Below are positions 10,277-18,939 of a stretch of DNA of 64,000 nucleotides, piece after piece (position 1 is the stretch's first letter; every line of letters starts with the position of its first letter). The DNA is from Deltaproteobacteria bacterium (GTDB taxonomy: Bacteria; Myxococcota_A; UBA796; JAFGLY01). The notes beneath the pieces were generated by a model, which had not been told where the DNA came from, ran no database searches, and saw only the letters and a program-made list of their open reading frames with translations. The stretch lies in NCBI GenBank assembly GCA_016927815.1, contig JAFGLY010000121.1, positions 3,016 to 67,015 on the forward strand, written 5' to 3'. Made by a program: the position numbers and the translations under genes.

Positions 10277-11564
10277 GGGGCAACTCCCGGGCCAGGTGCA
10301 TCGAGAAGCGGCTGCCCTCTCCTGGACGACTGGCGATGGTGAGGACGGTGTGGTGAGCCTCGGCCACTCCCTCCACGATGGCCAGGCCCAGGCCGGTCCC
10401 GCCCTCGCGCAGGCTCACGTAGGGCTGGGTCACCCGAGGCAGGTCCTCGGGCGCGATGCCCGCTCCCGTATCCTCGACCGCCAGGGTGGCTCCCCGGGCG
10501 TCGGGCTCCACCCGGACGCGCACCCGGTCGCCGGGCCGGCAGGCCTGAACGGCGTTCAGGACGAGGTTCAGGAGCGCCTCCTGGAGCTGGCGGCGATCGC
10601 CCTCCACCGCCGTGTTCCCGTCGGCCGCAACCTCCAGGGTGACACCGGCCGACTTGGCGTCCAGGGCCATGAGTTCGACGACGCTCCGGGCAAGGGCGGT
10701 GAGGTCCACGGTCTCGCGTGCGGGCTGCCTGCGTCGGGCGAAAGAGAGGAACTCGTCCAGGCGGCTCGTGATCCGGTCGATCTGCTCCAGCATGAGCTCC
10801 GTGCGTGCGCGGACCTCGGCGCTGGAGGCCTCCTCGTGGAGCAGTTGCGTGTAGCCTCGAATCGCCCCCATGGGGTTCCGCGTCTCGTGGGCGAGCCCGG
10901 CGGCCAGCAGCCGAAGCGACTCCAGTCCGGCCCGCCGCTGCTCCTGGAGGGCCATCCGCTGCCGGAGCGCGTGGTTGCGGGCCTGGCTCAGCACCAGGAG
11001 CCAGCCCAGCCCGGCCAGGGCCAGTCCCACGACGAGAAGGGCGAGGTCACTGGCCAGGATGTGCGCGCGCACGCCTTCGGCGGGGGAATCGTCCGTCACG
11101 AGCAGCAGCGCGTACGACCCGGCCTCAAGAGAGCCCTCGCGCCGTCCCGATCCGTGGCCGTAGCCATGCCCCACCTTGAGGTCGACGGGCCGGACCACGG
11201 CGATCGCGCCGTCTTCGCGGGCCTCCTGGAGGCCGGTCTTCCGGGCCCGCTCGATCCAGTGGACCGACGGCTCGCCTCCTACGAGGACGGCGTTCCGATC
11301 CTCGTCGAGCAGGGCGATGCCCCGGATCCGGGAGGACTCGCAGACCGCGTCGAAGACGGACTCGACGCGCTCCCGCGTCTCCGGCCCGTACCGTGCGATG
11401 CCCTGGACCGTGGCGGCGAGCGTATCGGCCAGCAGGATGGCGCGCTCCCGCTGGGAGGCGTCCAGATCGGCGACGGCGCGGTGCGTACGGAGCGCCAGCA
11501 GGCCGATGAACACCGCCACCAGGATCGCCAGGATCCAGGGGAGACGCGCGCGCAGGAGCTCCAT
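10266..11564 (-). CDS. Sensor histidine kinase with periplasmic sensor domain
   Basis: 432 aa. Two TM segments (PWILAILVAVFIGLLAL; LALLVVGLALAGLGWLLVL) flank a ~140-aa loop. H-box LAHETRNPMGAI. ATPase boxes NLVLNAVQA, DTGAGI, GTGLGLAIV. Overlaps the regulator gene by 11 nt. Confidence 0.9.
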
Positions 11565-11596
11565 GGGAACGCCTACCCCGCGCCGAGCAAGGCGCG

Positions 11597-12040
11597 CTAC
11601 TCGTCCGCCGGGGCCTGGCGGCCGAAGCGCCCCCTGCCCCGTCCACAGTCGTCGCAGGCGCCGTCGCCGTCCTCGTCCACGGGACCGTACCGTCGGTTGA
11701 GCCCTCGACCCCGCGGTCCATTCCCTTCGCCGCGGCCGGAGACGACGCGGTTGCCGTCCTCGTCCACGGGGCCGTACCGTCGGTTGAGCCCGCGACCCCG
11801 CGGCCCCCGCCCTGCGGGGGTGGCGTCGCAGACGCCGTCGCCGTCCTCGTCCACGAAGGCGTGCCGTCGGTTCAGGCCGCGGCCGTCGCAGACGCCGTCA
11901 CCGTCGTGGTCCACGCAGCCGGGCCCGTAGCCCTGCGCCGCCAAGGCCGGGGGGGTCCGCGGGGTGTCGCCAGCGAGGGCCACACCGGCCGGAGTCGCTG
12001 CGAGAAGGGCGGAAACGAGGATCATTCGGATGGGATGCAT
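11597..12040 (-). CDS. Small secreted protein with three GRGLNRR-x3-VDEDGDGxCD repeats (thrombospondin-type-3-like Ca-binding loops)
   Basis: ATG at 12040 (MHPIRMILVSALLAATPAGVALA, signal peptide) is preceded by GGAGG. 147 aa. Dx(D/E)xDGDGxCD loops occur at aa 43-52, 63-72, 92-101 and 121-130. The gene lies 32 nt upstream of the kinase gene on the same strand. Confidence 0.7.
   Translation of the reverse strand: MHPIRMILVSALLAATPAGVALAGDTPRTPPALAAQGYGPGCVDHDGDGVCDGRGLNRRHAFVDEDGDGVCDATPAGRGPRGRGLNRRYGPVDEDGNRVVSGRGEGNGPRGRGLNRRYGPVDEDGDGACDDCGRGRGRFGRQAPADE
11651..11914 (-). repeat. Coding tandem repeats, period 87 bp (29 aa), 3 copies plus a partial copy
   Basis: The near-identical DNA unit gtaccgtcggttgagccc(g/t)cgaccccgcgg recurs 87 nt apart (about 11687 and 11774), with a diverged third copy near 11860. 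Confidence 0.7.
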
Positions 12041-12100
12041 TGGAACCTCCTGTCGGGTTGCCTCGAGGCGGGCCATCCGCTCTCGGGTCGCCTAGAGGGT

Positions 12101-12117
12101 ATGCAAGTCCCATGCCA
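12101..12117 (-). promoter_or_regulatory. Sigma54 (RpoN) promoter, TGGCAT-N5-TTGCAT
   Basis: The minus strand reads TGGCATGGGACTTGCAT, with exact GG-N10-GC spacing and near-consensus -24 and -12 boxes. It lies 60 nt upstream of ATG 12040 of the secreted-protein/kinase/NtrC operon. Confidence 0.75.
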
Positions 12118-12123
12118 GCCGGA

Positions 12124-13569
12124 TCAAGGCACCAGGAGCCCCTTGAGGGCGAAAACCGTGCATTCCGTGCACGGTGGGCCGGCAAGGGTGTGCACGGATT
12201 GCATCGGCGTGGCGAGCGAATCCTCGCGAACCACCGGCGGACCGCCCGAGCCAGGAGCCTTGCCTCCAGAAGCCGGGTGCCCTCGCAGCTCGGCCCACCA
12301 CGCGTCGTCGCCCCAGGCTCGACTGGCCCGGTCCAGGACCCCGGCCAGGTAGACCTCCACGCCCTTCCTCCCGGGGGGCGCCGGCCAGACGAGGATGGGG
12401 TCCGGCAGATCGTGAGGGACGACGCGCACGGGTGGCCCCGTTCCGAAGTCCACGTCGTAGACGGGCATCCGCGCGAAGTTGTTGACGTAGAAGACCGTGG
12501 GGCGTCGGGTGTAGGTGGCCGAGACGTCGTAGGTGGCCATGAGAACGCGGTGGCGCATGAGCTCGAGGGAGGTGCACCAGAGCGCGTCCAGGGCGGGTGA
12601 GGGCCGGGCCAGCCAGGGCGCGAGCGCGCGGTGGGTCGCCAGGGCGACCTCGGGCAGGCTCGCCCCCGCGGGGAACCGCGCGCCCAGCGCGCTCAGCGCG
12701 ACGTTGCCCACGAACGCGTCGGGCACGCCGCTTAAGTGGCCCCGCCCGTCCAGCACCACGACCTGCTGGCAGACCGTGTCCGGAGGGTGGCAGAGGCGCG
12801 CACACATGCGCGTGAGGTGGGCCGTGATCACGTCGTTGCGGCCCAGCCGGACGTCCTCGGGGAGGCCCGCTCCCGCGGCGTCGCCGATGGCATCGAGCGC
12901 CGACGCGTCCAGCAGGATGGGGCGGCTCCGGTTGCCGAGACGGCCCAGCATCAGCCTGGCCAGCGTGGGCAGCATCCGGAGGACGGAGGGCTTGACCCAG
13001 CCCGCGTCCCGGGCAGCCCGGACGGCCTCGTCCTTGGAGCGATCCGGAAAGGAGGGCAACAGGGAGGGGTCCAGGACGGTCGGCTCCACGGGCCGGCCGG
13101 TGCAGATCCGGCTCCAGGCGCGGGCCATCGTGTAGAAGCTCTCGCCGTCCATGCAGGCGTGGGCACAGGTCAGCGTCAGCGCCTGCCCGTCCTCCAGGTC
13201 CACGAGGCCCGCGGCGAGGGGCGGGTCCTGCCCCCGCTCGAACGCAGCCCTGCGCCAGGGGGGGTGGAGGTCGTGGGCCAGTCGAGGATCGTCGCACAGG
13301 GTCTCGAGGGTGAGGTCGGGGCGGGAGGTGTGGGTGAAGGGCACGCCCTCGCCGGTCTGGTGGATCCTCCCGTCGTGCATGCGACCGGCCACGTGCGGAT
13401 AATGCTCGAGCAGCGCGGCCAGCCCCTCCCGCAGCTTCGCGGGGTCGAGACCGCCCTCGTAGAGCCAGGTTCCCCGGATCACCATGGGCAGCACGGCGCG
13501 GTCGATGCCGGACAGCTCCCGGGTGCCTCCAGGAGCGTGGGCGGAGCGGACGAGCTCCGTGCGGGCCAT
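12124..13569 (-). CDS. BAHD/condensation-superfamily acyltransferase (HXXXD + DFGxG motifs)
   Basis: 481 aa. HACMDG at aa 137-142 (HXXXDG) and DFGTG at aa 373-377 (BAHD DFGWG-like). The C-terminal ~50 aa look low-complexity, so the true 3' end is uncertain. Confidence 0.65.
   Translation of the reverse strand: MARTELVRSAHAPGGTRELSGIDRAVLPMVIRGTWLYEGGLDPAKLREGLAALLEHYPHVAGRMHDGRIHQTGEGVPFTHTSRPDLTLETLCDDPRLAHDLHPPWRRAAFERGQDPPLAAGLVDLEDGQALTLTCAHACMDGESFYTMARAWSRICTGRPVEPTVLDPSLLPSFPDRSKDEAVRAARDAGWVKPSVLRMLPTLARLMLGRLGNRSRPILLDASALDAIGDAAGAGLPEDVRLGRNDVITAHLTRMCARLCHPPDTVCQQVVVLDGRGHLSGVPDAFVGNVALSALGARFPAGASLPEVALATHRALAPWLARPSPALDALWCTSLELMRHRVLMATYDVSATYTRRPTVFYVNNFARMPVYDVDFGTGPPVRVVPHDLPDPILVWPAPPGRKGVEVYLAGVLDRASRAWGDDAWWAELRGHPASGGKAPGSGGPPVVREDSLATPMQSVHTLAGPPCTECTVFALKGLLVP
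12159..12203. promoter_or_regulatory. Inverted repeat TGCATTCCGTGCAC-N17-GTGCACGGATTGCA (13/14 match), candidate enhancer-binding-protein UAS
   Basis: Centred about 65 nt upstream of the -24 box of the sigma54 promoter at 12101-12117. Each arm contains a GTGCAC core. It lies inside the 3' end of the acyltransferase ORF. Confidence 0.45.
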
Positions 13570-13718
13570 GAGAACCTCCGTTCGTGGAACCCTGTATGCC
13601 GAGCGATGATCGAGCGGCGACCGCCTGGCCGTCGGGGGGAACCGCCCGTCACAGAACGCGACCGTTGCGGATCCAGTCCCCCCGTGTCAGGGCGGCACGC
13701 GGAACCCAAGGAGTCTCC

Positions 13719-15134
13719 ATGCCCTCCGCGACGGTCGAGGCCGGCAACGGCCGACCTCAGGCAGACGATCCGTTGCACGCAGAGGTGGCGGGCCTGCGCG
13801 CCACCTTCCGGAGCGGCCGGACCCGGCCGCTTGCCTGGCGCCGGAAGGCATTGCGGAGCCTCGTCGAGTTCCTCGAGGCAGAGTCCGGAGCCATCGCCGA
13901 GGCCGTCCACGAGGACCTCGGCCGGCCGGCCGCCGAGACCCTGACGTCCGAGGTGGGCCTGATCCGCCTGGAAGCCCGCCACGCTTTGAAACACCTGGAG
14001 GAGTGGGCGGCGGCTCGACCCGTGTCGGTGCCGCTGTTCGCCCACCCGGCCCGGGCCTGGACCGAACCGGAGCCGGCTGGCACCGTGCTGATCCTGGGAC
14101 CCTGGAACTACCCGTTCCAGCTCCTGCTGGTTCCGCTCGTGTCCGCTCTCGCTGCAGGCAACACGATCCTGCTCAAGCCCTCGGAGCTGGCCCCGGCGAG
14201 CGCCGCCCTCCTGGCCGAGCGCCTCGGGCGGTACGTGGACGACGAGGCGCTCCGCGTTGTCGAGGGCGATGCCGACGTGGCCCGCACCCTCGTGGCCCTG
14301 CCCTTCGACCACATCTTCTTCACGGGCGGGATCCGGATCGGGCGCGCCGTCGCCCACGCCGCCGCGGAGCGCCTGGTCCCGGTTACCCTGGAACTCGGGG
14401 GCAGCAGCCCGGCCCTGGTGGACGCGAGCGCCGACCTCGAGGTGGCCGCCCGCCGCATCGCTTGGGGTCGGTTCCTCAACGCCGGCCAGACCTGCGTGGC
14501 GCCGAACCACGTGCTGGTCGAGCGCTCGGTCGCAGACCCGCTGCTCGAGGCTCTCCGGCGTGCCACCACCGCCCTGTACGGACCGGATGCACGGCTCTCC
14601 CCCGACTACGGGCGGATCGTCAACGCCCACCACTTCGCGCGCCTCGAGCACCTGCTGGAGGGTCACACACCCTGGCTCGGCGGTCGGACCGATCCAGCGG
14701 AACGCTACATCGAGCCCACCATCGTCTGGGATCCGGATCCGTCCTCCTTGCTCTTGCAAGACGAGATCTTCGGGCCCATCCTGCCGGTGCTCCCGGTCGC
14801 CTCGCTCGAGTCGGCCGTGGCGTTCGTGGCCGATCGGCCCGCGCCCCTCGCGGTCTACCTCTTCACGTCGCGCCGCGGCGTGCCGGACACCGTCCGGGAC
14901 CGCACCCGATCGGGCTCCCTCGTGGTCAACGACGTGGTGCTCCAGGCCATGGTCCCGGACCTGCCCTTCGGTGGGGTCGGACCGAGCGGACACGGGCGCG
15001 CCCACGGCCGGGCCGGGTTCGACACCTTCTCCATCTGGCGCGCCCACCTGCGACGGTCCACCGCGTGGGACCCCGCGCTGCGCTACCCCCCCTACTCCAA
15101 GCGCGCCCTCGCCTGGTTCCGGCGACTGTTCTGA
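13719..15134 (+). CDS. Aldehyde dehydrogenase, class-3 (fatty/long-chain aldehyde) type
   Basis: ATG at 13719 after AAGGAG. Motifs LKPSELAP, FTGG, catalytic Glu ELGGSSP and catalytic Cys GQTCVAPN. 471 aa. Confidence 0.85.
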   Translation: MPSATVEAGNGRPQADDPLHAEVAGLRATFRSGRTRPLAWRRKALRSLVEFLEAESGAIAEAVHEDLGRPAAETLTSEVGLIRLEARHALKHLEEWAAARPVSVPLFAHPARAWTEPEPAGTVLILGPWNYPFQLLLVPLVSALAAGNTILLKPSELAPASAALLAERLGRYVDDEALRVVEGDADVARTLVALPFDHIFFTGGIRIGRAVAHAAAERLVPVTLELGGSSPALVDASADLEVAARRIAWGRFLNAGQTCVAPNHVLVERSVADPLLEALRRATTALYGPDARLSPDYGRIVNAHHFARLEHLLEGHTPWLGGRTDPAERYIEPTIVWDPDPSSLLLQDEIFGPILPVLPVASLESAVAFVADRPAPLAVYLFTSRRGVPDTVRDRTRSGSLVVNDVVLQAMVPDLPFGGVGPSGHGRAHGRAGFDTFSIWRAHLRRSTAWDPALRYPPYSKRALAWFRRLF

Positions 15135-15151
15135 TCCCGACGGAGGTGTGG

Positions 15152-15877
15152 ATGATGGCCAGCATCTGGGGAGCGGCGCTCGCCGCCCTGGTCCTCCCGG
15201 CCGCCCGGGCCGAGCCCCTCGGCATCCCGGGATCCTGGGCGCTCGACATGAGGGTGGTGTCCGCAGCGGAGATCCCCGTGATCGGGGAGGTGCGCAGTAC
15301 TACCGTCACCCGGGGGCTCCTCGAGCGTGGGGACGGGTCCGCCGAGGACGTCTCGCGGCTCACGGTGTGCGACGTGGGCCTCACCGCCCAGAGCGGACCC
15401 ATCCGAAGCTCGCTGCCCGAGGCCTTTCTCCGGGCCTTCCCGGTCCGCACGGTCTCGGTCCGTCTCGACGAGGACCGGTACACCGTCGATCTCGGGGTGA
15501 CGTCCCTCGGCTACGACCCGGTGGCCAGCGACGACGCGTTGCCCTCCAGCTCCGAGGACCCCACCGTGGTGGACTTCGAGGGCGACGGCGCCCCAGGGTT
15601 CACCGTCCACGTGGACGTGCCCTTGTTCCCCACGGTGTCCATCCACCTCGTGCAGGTCACCCAGAGTGTGCTCGAGGGCGTATGGGCGGGTCCGGATCGC
15701 GTGGTTGGCCGGCCCCTGGTCTCGCGACTCGAGCAGCGGGTCCTCGGCGCCTCGATCGGCCTCTTCGCACGTTCTCCCAGGATCCACCCCGTGGACGGAG
15801 CCGGGTCCTTCGAACTGCGCCGCCTGCCGGACGGCAGTACCTGCGAGGCGGTGCTGGACCTGTGGGACCCCCTGTGA
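15152..15877 (+). CDS. Secreted hypothetical protein
   Basis: ATG at 15152 after GGAGG. Signal peptide MMASIWGAALAALVLPAARA. 241 aa with no recognised motif. It is the terminal part of the long 14003-15877 ORF, whose upstream part is out of frame with the ALDH gene and was rejected. Confidence 0.55.
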   Translation: MMASIWGAALAALVLPAARAEPLGIPGSWALDMRVVSAAEIPVIGEVRSTTVTRGLLERGDGSAEDVSRLTVCDVGLTAQSGPIRSSLPEAFLRAFPVRTVSVRLDEDRYTVDLGVTSLGYDPVASDDALPSSSEDPTVVDFEGDGAPGFTVHVDVPLFPTVSIHLVQVTQSVLEGVWAGPDRVVGRPLVSRLEQRVLGASIGLFARSPRIHPVDGAGSFELRRLPDGSTCEAVLDLWDPL

Positions 15878-16211
15878 GGCCGGTCCTGCCTCTCGAGGAG
15901 GGGTACGCACGCCGCTACGTGGCCTGGTGCGGCCGGACGTGGCCTTCGGGATGCGGGCATGTTCCGCACGCTCGTCGCAGGCCGTGCGGGGGTGGGAGCG
16001 GTCTACGACACCTGGCGTCGGTCCCGGTCCGGCCCGCTGGCTCGCCCTGGCGGCGGTCCGGGTCGGCATCCGGTGGTACGCCCTTCTGCTGAAGCTTTCG
16101 GGCCGCCCGGTGGCCTGGAAGGCTCGATCGACGTAGCCTCGTCCTGTTCACGCGGTCCCGAGAAGGGACGCATTCGAGCGTTCGACCCCCCCCCTCTTCG
16201 AAGGAGTCCCC

Positions 16212-17726
16212 ATGCACCCACCGCACGTCCTCGTCATCGGCGCCGGGCTCGGCGGTCTCTCCGCAGCCGCCAGTCTGGCCGCAGGCGGCCTCGAAGTGGA
16301 GGTGTTCGAGAAGAACGATCGGATCGGGGGCAAGCTGAATCTCCTGGAACAGGACGGATTCTCCCTGGATCTCGGGCCTTCCATTCTCATCCTCCCCCAT
16401 ATCTTCCGCCGGGTCTTCGAGCGGGCCGGACGGCGCATGGAGGACTACGTCCATCTCCAGGAGCTGCAGCCCCAGTGGCGCTGCTTCTGGGAGGACGGCA
16501 CCCGCCTGGATCTCCACCCCGACGTGGCCCGCATGGAGGCGGAGCTGGCCACGCTGCCGGGAGCGACGCGGGGTTGGTGGTCCTTCCTGGAGTACTCCCG
16601 CGAGCTGTACCGCTTCTGCGACCGGGCCTACCTGCAGCCCGGGGCCGACACCTTCCGGGAGGTCCTGGCCGGTCACACCCTGGGCGAGGTCGTGCACGGG
16701 TCCGATCCGCTGCGCACGATGGCGTCGGGCATCGCCCGGTACGTGGAGGAACCCCACCTGCGCGACATGCTCGGCTTCTTCATCAAGTACGTGGGGTCCT
16801 CCTGCTACGACGCCCCGGCCCTGATGAACCTGCTGCCCTTCTCCCAGCTCGGGTACGGGCTCTGGTACGTCACAGGCGGGATGTACAACCTGGCACGGGC
16901 CTACGATCGCCTGCTCGGAGAGCTGGGGGTGAGGGTGCACCTGGGCAGCGAGGTCGTCCGGATCCGCACCGAGGGCCCGCGCGCGACGGGCATCGAGCTG
17001 GCGGACGGTCGCTTCGTGGCCGCCGACTACGTGGTCTCCAACATGGAGGTCGTCCCCGCACACCGGCACCTGCTGGGCGAGCCGGAGGATCGGGTCCGAC
17101 GCCTGGAGAAGCGGCTCGAACCCGCCGCCTCGGGCCTGGTCCTGCACCTCGGGGTGGATCGCATCTACCCCCAGCTCCAGCACCACAACTTCTTCTTCTC
17201 CCGGAACCTCGAGGCCTTCCTGGCGGCCATCCACCGCCGGAAGGAGCTCCCGGAGGACCCGACGATCTACCTGGTCTGCCCCACCGTCACGAACCCCGAC
17301 CTGGCCCCGTCGGGCCACTCAGTCCTCAAGATCCTGCCCCACATCCCCAGCATCCAGGACCCCCCCTTCTCCGCCTCGGACTACCAGGCCCTGGAGGCAC
17401 GGGTGCTCGACAAGCTGGAGCGCATGGGGCTTGAGGACCTCAAGAGCCACGTGGTCACCCGGCACGTGCTCCTGCCGGAGGACCTGGAGCGGATGTACCG
17501 CTCGAACCGAGGGGCCATCTACGGGGTCGTGAGCCACCGCACGCAAAACTTCGCGTTCAAGGGGCCCAAGCGAAGCCGGCGATACCCCAACCTGTACTTC
17601 GTGGGGGGCAGTGTGAACCCGGGAGGCGGCACGCCCATGGTCACGCTGTGCGGCCAGAACGTGGCCGACCGGATTCTCGGCGACGTGGCCTCCGGCCGAG
17701 CGGCCCACCCGTCCTCCGGCGCCTGA
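16212..17726 (+). CDS. Phytoene desaturase-family FAD oxidoreductase (CrtI/CrtN/CrtP-like)
   Basis: 504 aa. N-terminal VLVIGAGLGGLSAA...FEKNDRIGGK. C-terminal NLYFVGGSVNPGGGTPMV, typical of CrtI-family enzymes. SD GAAGGAG before the ATG. Confidence 0.8.
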   Translation: MHPPHVLVIGAGLGGLSAAASLAAGGLEVEVFEKNDRIGGKLNLLEQDGFSLDLGPSILILPHIFRRVFERAGRRMEDYVHLQELQPQWRCFWEDGTRLDLHPDVARMEAELATLPGATRGWWSFLEYSRELYRFCDRAYLQPGADTFREVLAGHTLGEVVHGSDPLRTMASGIARYVEEPHLRDMLGFFIKYVGSSCYDAPALMNLLPFSQLGYGLWYVTGGMYNLARAYDRLLGELGVRVHLGSEVVRIRTEGPRATGIELADGRFVAADYVVSNMEVVPAHRHLLGEPEDRVRRLEKRLEPAASGLVLHLGVDRIYPQLQHHNFFFSRNLEAFLAAIHRRKELPEDPTIYLVCPTVTNPDLAPSGHSVLKILPHIPSIQDPPFSASDYQALEARVLDKLERMGLEDLKSHVVTRHVLLPEDLERMYRSNRGAIYGVVSHRTQNFAFKGPKRSRRYPNLYFVGGSVNPGGGTPMVTLCGQNVADRILGDVASGRAAHPSSGA

Positions 17727-17781
17727 CCCCGGGTGGGGTCATGTCAGCCCCTCGGTTAGTCCCCACCCGGAGGACTCCAGC

Positions 17782-18936
17782 ATGACACGACCGAGCAGAA
17801 GGGCTTCGGGTATGCCTCCCTTCCTCGTGATGGAGGTCCTGGAACGGGCGGCGGCGCTCGAGCGGGAGGGGCGGTCGATCATCCACATGGAGATCGGAGA
17901 GCCAGACTTCGACACGCCGGAGCCCATCCGCGCCGCAGGCGTCCGGGCGATGGCCGAAGGTCACACCCACTACACGCACTCCCAGGGGCATCCGCAGCTG
18001 CGCGAGGCGATCTCCCGTTGGATGGATCGTCGCTACGGGGTCGAGGTGACCCCCGGACGCATCGTGGTCACGATGGGAACCTCAGGGGCGATGCTGCTCA
18101 CCTGCGCTGCGCTGCTCGATCCCGGCGACCACGTGCTCATGACCGATCCCTGTTACGCGTGCTATCCGAACTTCGTACGGGCATTCCATGGCGAGTCCGT
18201 ACGGCTCCGGGTGCACGAGGCCGACGGCTTCCAGTACGACATCGACGAGGTCGCGCGCCACCTGGACGGAAAGACCAAGGCGCTCTTCCTCAACTCGCCC
18301 TCCAACCCGACGGGCACCGTGACCTCGAGCGATCGCATGCGCCGGCTCGCAGAGGCGACAGCGGGCCGGGTCCAGGTGATCTCCGACGAGATCTACCACG
18401 GCCTGACCTACAAAGAACCCGCGCGGTCCATCCTCGAGTTCGATCCCGACGCCATCGTGGTGAGCGGCTTCTCGAAGCTCTACGCCATGACCGGTTGGCG
18501 GCTCGGCTATGCGATCCTTCCCGAGCCCCTCGTCCGGCCCGTGCAGAAGCTGCAGCAGAACCTGTTCATCTCCGCGCCGGACTTCGCCCAGTTCGCGGCC
18601 ATCGCGGCGCTCGAGGAGGCACACGAGGACGTGGAGCGCATGCGAAGGTGCTACGACGCCCGTCGCACGCTCGTGCTTGCCCGGCTCCAGTCCATGGGGC
18701 TCCCGGTGCTCGTGGAGCCGACCGGCGCGTTCTACGTCTTCTTCAACGTGGCCCGATACACCCCCGACGTGCTCTCGTTCTCCTTCGAAGTCCTCGAGGC
18801 TGCCGGAGTCGCCCTCACGCCGGGCGTGGACTTCGGCCCAGGCGGCGAGGGGTTCCTCCGGCTCTCCTATGCCAACTCGCTCGAGAACCTCTCGGAGGGG
18901 CTCGATCGCCTCGAGCACTTCCTCCAGCACCGGTAG
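17782..18936 (+). CDS. Pyridoxal-phosphate-dependent aminotransferase, class I/II (aspartate aminotransferase-like)
   Basis: 384 aa. NSPSNPTG. PLP-lysine motif SGFSKLYAMTGWRLGY. C-terminal LRLSYA. Confidence 0.85.
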   Translation: MTRPSRRASGMPPFLVMEVLERAAALEREGRSIIHMEIGEPDFDTPEPIRAAGVRAMAEGHTHYTHSQGHPQLREAISRWMDRRYGVEVTPGRIVVTMGTSGAMLLTCAALLDPGDHVLMTDPCYACYPNFVRAFHGESVRLRVHEADGFQYDIDEVARHLDGKTKALFLNSPSNPTGTVTSSDRMRRLAEATAGRVQVISDEIYHGLTYKEPARSILEFDPDAIVVSGFSKLYAMTGWRLGYAILPEPLVRPVQKLQQNLFISAPDFAQFAAIAALEEAHEDVERMRRCYDARRTLVLARLQSMGLPVLVEPTGAFYVFFNVARYTPDVLSFSFEVLEAAGVALTPGVDFGPGGEGFLRLSYANSLENLSEGLDRLEHFLQHR

Positions 18937-18939
18937 CGC

